From the human T2T-CHM13v2.0 reference genome, Homo sapiens, in the NCBI RefSeq assembly GCF_009914755.1, contig NC_060947.1: 64,000 nt of DNA, one strand, 5' to 3'. A program made the translations under genes and the position numbers. The notes beneath the pieces were generated by a model. The model was given only the letters and a program-made list of their open reading frames with translations. It ran no database searches and was not told the DNA's origin. Positions within the stretch are counted from its first letter, which is position 1; each line of letters starts with the position of its first letter. Positions 56,087 through 64,000 of this stretch are shown here, piece by piece.

Positions 56087-56616
56087 CTACACACCCTGTC
56101 AGGACTGCCTCAATGCCTCAACCGGCTTTAAAGGCTGAATCAGAAATCCTGAAATTCAGATAATGGGACTTCCAGAATAAATACTGCACAAAGGTCCTAT
56201 TCCCTTCAATCATCGATATCATCTTCCCCAAATAGCATCTCTGTATTTGATTTTTAAAAGAATTCCCCTGTAATACTACATAGCTTCTGAAGTGATTTTG
56301 ACAGAAACAGACATATTTTGCTTCAGCAGTAAAAATGACCCAAAGTAATGCCCTCATTAAAAGCAATAGCAACAAATAAACAAACAAAAATCAGCTTAAA
56401 CACTACAGATGGAAATCACCTTACGAAGTCAGTAAAATGGTATGTCTCTGAGGTGTATGATGATGTGACATATTTAACAGAGTTTCCGTCAAAGTAGACT
56501 GAGGCTGGATCAGTGAAACAAGAAATATATGACACACTCAGGCAGTGTTGACGAAAACAGGTCACTGCCTTCTTTTGTAAGGGAGTATGGAGCATTTGAC
56601 AACTCACAAGCTCTAA

Positions 56617-57583
<967 letters not shown>

Positions 57584-58194
57584 GCCACATTATGGAAGGG
57601 CCTCACACAAAGAAAACCCACCACACCATGAGCTGCCCTTGAAGTTAGTGAAGCTTTTCCAAGAATATAACTTCAATGAAGCAAGGCCTCATAAATTTCC
57701 TCTCGGAAAAAATTTAATCCAAACATATGTCTTGAGTGTCTGCTATGGGCAAGTCAATAATGGGAGATGGATAGTGTCTAAAAAGCACATTCTTACCCTA
57801 AAGAATATATCTACAGTTCAGTAAGGGAGATAAGTTAGGCACACAAAAATAAAATGTAAGGCAAAATGTGATAAGCTTTGTAAGAGAGGTTCAAAGTGTT
57901 GTCAGATAATCTTCCTGACCAAGGATCTAATATCTAACTGTGTATAGAAAGAACCACAAACACTCTACTTTATCACCTCCAAGGACATGACTACTTGCTT
58001 TCAAGTTTTTCAAAGTGTACATAAATCAGGTAGGACAACATCCTAATTAGTCACATGAAAGGCTGTTTATTGCTTGAAGAGAGCTCCTCGGGAGGAGTTG
58101 CTAAGTTGGGAGGCTGCCCAAGACCAGGGGTCAGTATGCTGGATCATGTGCACTGGGGCCTGTTAGAAAGTGAGCTGCGTGGATGACTGAGATA

Positions 58195-58213
58195 GAGCGC
58201 CCCCTGCTGAAAA
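58195..58213 (-). promoter_or_regulatory. CTCF core motif
   Basis: Reverse complement TTTCAGCAGGGGGCGCTC closely matches the CTCF consensus CCASYAGRKGGCRS, with its CpG retained; binding not demonstrated. Confidence 0.65.
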
Positions 58214-58423
58214 TGACTCCATAACCTCAAGAACCACCAGCCGGAGGATTGATATGGGCCTGCTGATAGCCCAGGGCCACTGCAGAGGAAACTCAAGATA
58301 GAAAACATGGAGATCAGGGATGACTAATTCTATTATGAGTGATCCTTCATGACAAAAGCCTTTGCAACAGAATTCATTTCAATCTCCATCACTCATTGAT
58401 TAATTCATTCAATAAACATGGTA

Positions 58424-58787
58424 TAGTAGTCCCACTTTATTTGTGGTTTCCTTTTCCATGGTTTCAGTTACTGTGACCAACTGCAGTCTGAAACTATTAA
58501 GTGGAAAATTCTAGAAATAAACAACTCATAAGTTTTAGATTGCACACTGCTTTGAGGAGTGTGATGAAATCTCATGCCTTCCTGCCCCATCCTGCCTAAG
58601 ATATGATGCATCCTTTTGTGCAGTGGATCCATGCTGTAGACACTACCTGCCCATTAGTCACTTTAGTAGCCATCTCAGTTATCAGATGGAAAAAACATAG
58701 TATATACAGGGTTTGGTACTATCCATGGTTTCATGCATCCACAGGGAGTCTGAGAACATGTACCTCATGGATAAGGGGCCACTACTG
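58424..58787. mobile_element. MER44-type (Tigger7) MITE
   Basis: TIRs 'tagtagtcccactttat' and 'ataaggggccactactg' with TA flanks; internal 'ggaaaattctagaaataaacaactcataagtttt'. Confidence 0.88.
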
Positions 58788-58799
58788 TATTGGGTATCT

Positions 58800-59175
58800 A
58801 AAACATTCTTCCTCTCCTGTGACAGCATGCCTTTTTGCATGGCCAGCTTCTTCTCATCCTTCATGTCTCCATTTAAATGTTACCTCCTGGAGTAGCCTTC
58901 CTCCATTAACCTAAATGTACTCTCTCTGTTACCCTTTATCACTTTCCTCTATATATTTCATTCGTGGCACTTAGCATGGTTTGGCATTCTAATTGGCTTG
59001 GAAGATGTTTTGATTAACATCAGTCTCCAATGCTTAGACTATTAGCTCCACAGGAGCAGATACTGCATCTCTTTTATTCATGTCTGAATACCCGGCATGA
59101 GCAGACCGTGGCATGTAGTAGGTTAGGGACTCAGTAAATATTTGTGAAATAAGTGAATAAATGAATGAATGACTA
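58800..59175 (+). mobile_element. L2 3' fragment
   Basis: 'ttaaatgttacctcctggagtagccttcc...ttagactattagctccacagg...ctcagtaaatatttgtgaaat'. Confidence 0.8.
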
Positions 59176-59419
59176 CCAAGGCACAGCACAAGGTGTGGCT
59201 CTATGAAGGTGACTGGCATAGTCCACCTCTCTGCCTTCCCCAAGCCAACAATCTAGTAAAGGAGACAAATGAGTGGCCATGAGAATGAGTGACGGAAATG
59301 GCCACAGGCAGTCTTACTTATTACCTCCCAAAACTACACACACACCTACCAAGTTTTGGAAAATGTACTTAAGTCAAGGCAGATAGGATCCTAATTCATC
59401 ACACAAAATACTATTCCTT

Positions 59420-59900
59420 ACCTTACTGGAATGAGTGCTGGGATGGCAGCTGACACAGTGAGAGCGGGGCACAGAGGAGAGAAAACTAAATTCGGTTTCA
59501 GGAAGGTCAGGGAAGACTTGCTAGAAGTGGTAACATCTGAGCAGGGTCTGAGGCGAAGTAGGGATTAACTAGGCTAAGATGGTGTATCTGCATGCATGCA
59601 TATTTGTGTATGTGTGCATGTGTGTGAGGGGGGTGTGTGTGTATTATTGAGTGGAGGAGCATTCACTGATAATGGAGAATAATAGAGTGAAACAGATAAG
59701 GAATAGCATGGAAGGCAGAGATTACCACATGCAAAATGTCTAGAGGTGAAATGAGAGATGATGGCAAGAGAGGAGAACTCAAAGAGCTCCTCATGGCTCA
59801 TACCTGGAGTGTGAGAGGCAAGTGTTAAGCGATGGGACAGGCAAGTCAACAGAGGCCGGATCATGAAAGGCCTTGAATGCCAGACTAAATAATTAGGAAT
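59420..59900 (-). mobile_element. L2 fragment
   Basis: 'ggtcagggaagacttgctagaagtggtaacatctgagc...ggatcatgaaaggccttgaatgccagactaa'. Confidence 0.75.
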
Positions 59901-60639
59901 GATGCTTGAAGATATTCACTGGGTGTGCTTTATTTACAAAGATGCCATTTCATTGATTATGCATCGCCAGGGATTAAAATGAAATACACAAAAAAATTAA
60001 CATTTAGTACTAATACTACAGATTTCCCTAGTTTTTCAGGACAAATACTGAAGCATGTAGATACACAGTGGAATAAAATGATAGAAACTGTGATTGCCAT
60101 GGAAAATGCAGAGCATGTGGTTGATGTATATATTGCCAATGCTGTATGCAACACACAAGGAATCCGAAGGACAGAGACGAGGACACCGTATGCATCCATT
60201 AACTAGTAGGCATTGTTGGGAATCAACATTGACATTGTTCTTATCCACCAGAAAAAAAGACATCTGCCAACTTCAGGCAGATGTTACTCTGTCCAAAAAA
60301 GTGCCCACTATGTGTAAAATGCAGCACAAGACTCTATGAGAAGAGAATGAGAGAAAATGTCCAGCAAAAAAGAAATCTAGTCTCTGCAGGGATTTCAGGT
60401 AGAAGCATTTCCTTTTAGCTATGGTGAATTCAATTACTGGGTAACCTATCAGAACACAATGAATGGGGAAAATAATGTAAAACCCTACTGAGAAAAACAG
60501 TGTAGGTGTTCCATAAAAATGTACTGAATGAATAAAACATGTTAGTCAAAAACAATAATCAATTGCTTTAGTGCTGGAAATGTTTGCCACTATTGATCCA
60601 ATTAAATTGCCAAGCACCAGAACTCTGCTCTAAAATACG

Positions 60640-60840
60640 GTGCATGCTTTAATTCATTTAATCATTCCCTCAAATCTATGGGGTGAATACTGTTATAAAT
60701 TCAACTTTAGAAATGAGGAAAGTAAGGCTCAGAAAGATGATGTGACTTACCTCAGGTTACACAGCTAATATGTGGTGGAGCCAGGACTATGGACCCCCAA
60801 AATTTGGCTCCAGAGACTGTGTTCTTGACCACTATACTAT
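60640..60840 (-). mobile_element. MIR
   Basis: 'tttagaaatgaggaaagtaaggctcagaaag...ggttacacagcta'. Confidence 0.85.
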
Positions 60841-62199
60841 TGTAATAGAAATCCATTCCATTAGGAAATGGAACAGAGTGTGCAAAAGAAAAGTAAGATA
60901 GAAATCCTTTAAAAAATATTTTGTTAAAACATTAGTGTAGTGCTGTGAACACTAGCCACAGAGAAACCTGAGATTTAGTCTCAGCTCTGCCACTAATTCC
61001 CTGTGTGACCTTAGGCGAGTCAATTGTTCTCTCTGGACCTCAAGGTAAAATGGAAAAAGAGGGGTGGAAACTTGACATGGGTTTGTATGATGGTGTCGGA
61101 GTTGAAAGAAGCTTTAAAAATGCTTTTTGATGATTTCAAAAGAAATTTTGCTGCTTCAGATGTATCCCACCCACGAAGTGTGGAGATCACATTCTCTCTT
61201 CGATTTACAAAAGTACAGTGTAGAGACTGTGTATAGTGATGGTTTTTAGTAAGAAATGCAATATATAAAGCACAGAGGGCCCAACTCAGACCAGAGAGAC
61301 CAAACTATTTTGTTGAACATTAAAAGTATTATCTAATGCCCTCCAGTTGGACCAGGAATTAGGCCTGTGGAAAGCAAAACACAGAATTATTGGTCAAAAA
61401 CCCTGACACCAAGGGCCAAGCTTGTCCGCTTTCATTTACGAACACTTGAAGAATATTTGTGGGTGTAGTAACACTGTGTTCAAGGACCAGGGGCTCCCAA
61501 GCTGCCTCTCCAAGGATAAGGTACCAGGCAATTCCCTCCCAAAAAATGTGAACTGGCTATCTTCAGGTCCAGGGCCAAGTACTGAGCAGGGAAAGAACCA
61601 ATGTCCAAAGAACCTGAAAGAAGGCAGTTGCTTTGTGAATATTCCTCATTGGAAAAGAACCCGCTGTTAATTATTAATGAAGCCAGGAATGGTTTCCTAG
61701 CTTGGCAGTATCAGGAGCTCAAGGCCCTCCATTCCCCAGTGCTGTCCTGGAAGAAGTTTTTGCTATAGAAGAAAGCTCCAGTTTTAGCAAAGAAAACACC
61801 AGCAAAGCAAAGGCTTTGGAGGTAGACAAACCTGGGTGTGACACTCGGACCTGCCGCTTGCTAGTTATGTGGCTTGAGACACTCCTCCCTGAACCTCCAT
61901 TTACTTTTCTGTATAATGGGGAGATAATAAAGTTTACCTGCAAGTGTTTTTAGAAAAATGAAATAAAGCTTCTTTCAGAGATACATACATAACAAAATAT
62001 ATACAGATGATGTCCGGGAGTTGCTTTAATATATTACAGATTGTAGGGAAATTAGTGAGGACACAGATTAAATTAGATTGGCTGAGTTGATAATTACTGA
62101 AGTTGAGTGATTGGGAAAGGAGGTTCATGATGCTGTTCTCCCTAGTTTTGCAGATAGAATCTTTCCATAATAAAATGTTTTAAATCATGAATAAGGTGA

Positions 62200-62580
62200 A
62201 GATACTGCACTCTGGATTTAGAACTAGGCTTGATTCTAAAGTATTAGGCAAGTTAATGAAGCTCTCCTGAGTCTCAGCATATTCCTCTGTAAAATGTGGG
62301 AAAGAATTTTTCCTGCCTCACTGGGTGGTTGTGAAGATTAAGTGAGGTGATGCAGACCAGGCACAGTGGCTCATGCCTGTAATCCTAGCACTTTGGGAGG
62401 CTAAGGCAGGAGGATTGCTTGGGCTCAGGAGTTTGAGACCAGCCTGGGCAACATGGTGAGACCCTCGTCTCTCCAAAAAAAAAAAAACAAACAAACAAAA
62501 AACAAAATGAGGTGATGCATAAAAAGGCTTAGTACACTGTCTGAACTATAATGTAATTTCCACAAATATTAACTGCCACT
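62200..62580 (+). mobile_element. MIR interrupted by an Alu monomer
   Basis: 'tctcagcatattcctctgtaaaatg...gttgtgaagattaagtgagg'. Confidence 0.75.
62355..62505 (+). mobile_element. Free left Alu monomer (FLAM-C-like) with TSD
   Basis: Single left arm with A-rich tail; TSD tgaggtgatgca on both sides. Confidence 0.9.
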
Positions 62581-63200
62581 GCTGCTGTTATATGAAGGGC
62601 CAAGAAGAGCACCTGGCATACAGTACGCACTTAATAAATGGTATAGATCATCATCATTATAATTAGCATCAAGAGTCAGACTCTTCACACCTGGTCAGGA
62701 TGGGCATATATTGGCATTGAAGTCTCCTGGCTGAATAAGAACTGTCTTCCCTTAGTGGTGTGGGGCTGTAATAACTGTTTCAGTGCCTGAAGTTCAGAAA
62801 TTTCCATTCAAGAATAGGACCAACTAAGTAGCTTCAAGTTAAACTGTCAAAACCATCCTCCACAGAGCTTCTGGAGCAGGAGACAACTGGACATTCAAGA
62901 AGGCAGATTCAAGATTCAAGAAGGCAGGAGACAGCTGGAGATTCAACACCAGGTTGTTTCATTCATGGGGGGAGGGGGTTAGAGCAGGGCTCTTGGCCCC
63001 AGGAAAGGGATACAGCTGGGAATCACTTCCTTAATAAGTATTCTCTGACCTCCCTCCTGGCTTCCTGTTTCACTGGCCCTAACTCACAGTAAAGTGCTCA
63101 ACACAGGTTTGTCAAATGAATGGGCTACAAGACAGAAATCAAGTTACCAGAAGCTGGACGCTAGATCAGCAAGCTAGAGCTAGGTAAATAAATGCTTCCA

Positions 63201-63392
63201 GGCCAGGGTTGGCAGCTCATGCCTGTAATCCCAGCACGTTGGGAAGCCAAGGTGGGAGGATCACTTGAGCCCGGGATTTTGAGACCAGCCTGGCCAACAT
63301 AGTAAGACCCTGTCTCAACACAAAATAAAATTATCCAGGTGTGGTGGCTTGCCCCTGTGGTCCCAGCTACTTGGGAGGCTGAGGTGGGAGAT
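63201..63392 (+). mobile_element. 3'-truncated AluJ abutting a MER5A fragment (63392-63500)
   Basis: Alu stops at 'gaggtgggag', then 'attctgattcag...agaatctgcatttct'. Confidence 0.88.
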
Positions 63393-63718
63393 TCTGATTC
63401 AGATCATCTGCAGTGCGGCCTAGAGAATCTGCATTTCTGAACCACATCAGGGAGGATTCTGAAGCCACAGGCTCATAGCTTCTGTTCTGAGAAAGTTTTA
63501 GGAAGATGAGCCCGGTGATCAAGAAAGAGGCTGAAGACAGAAGGATAGTTAAGAAGACATTGGGACCATCCAGGTGGGCTACATACAAACCTGCCTTAGA
63601 GTGGGAGTGCTGGGAATATGCCAAGGTCCTGGGAGTTTGGAGAAAGCATGTGGACACTGGGAAGGGATGGGAAACTGGACAACTTACTGATGCTTGTTAG
63701 TGCTTCTTAGGTCAAGCC

Positions 63719-64000
63719 ATTTTTTTTTTTTTTTTGAGACAGGGTCTCGGTCTCTCTTTGTCACCCAGGCTGGAGTGCAGTGGCACAATCACAGCTCACT
63801 GCAACCTTGACCTCCCAGGTTTACATAATCCTCCTGACTCGGCCTCCTGAGTAGCTGAGACTACAGGCACACAATACCATGCCCAGCTAATTTTTATCTA
63901 TATTGTAGAGAGAGGTTTCGCCATGTTACCTGGGCTGGTCTCGAACTCCTGGGTTCAAGTGATCCTCCCCACTCAGCCTCCCAAAGTATTGGAATTACAG
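63719..64000 (-). mobile_element. AluJ element running off the window end
   Basis: Poly-T followed by antisense dimer. Confidence 0.95.

Noticed and set aside
56455-56570. C-box ATGATGA with downstream CTGA (snoRNA-like) and a 7-bp stem
   Set aside because: The C-to-D distance is only ~45 nt, with no terminal stem or recognisable guide sequence.

Overview
Primate (almost certainly human or ape) non-coding genomic DNA, AT-rich and roughly half made of transposon fossils. It holds about 20 Alu copies or fragments, old L1M and younger L1P pieces, L2, a CR1/L3 relic, MIRs, MaLR/ERVL LTRs (MLT1, nested MLT2, MER74-like, MER21-like) and DNA transposons (Charlie1a, Tigger3/MER7, MER44, MER5). I find no credible protein-coding exon; the listed ORFs come from repeats, low-complexity DNA or chance, and I cannot name the locus or host gene. 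The best-supported non-TE feature is a 3'-truncated, tailless U6 snRNA retrocopy with a 13-bp target-site duplication (22797-22884, minus). There is also a strong CTCF motif (~58195) and several repeat-poor, motif-dense enhancer candidates. The most unusual signals are fold-back or templated-copy structures: a ~350-bp palindrome in an MLT2A LTR, a nested hairpin at 26528-26606, a double hairpin at 57040-57083, and a 47-bp copy at a truncated Alu junction. A possible degraded transposase fossil lies at ~60040-60400. I see no evidence for a new biological system. Repeat subfamily names come from remembered consensus sequences and most boundaries are approximate.
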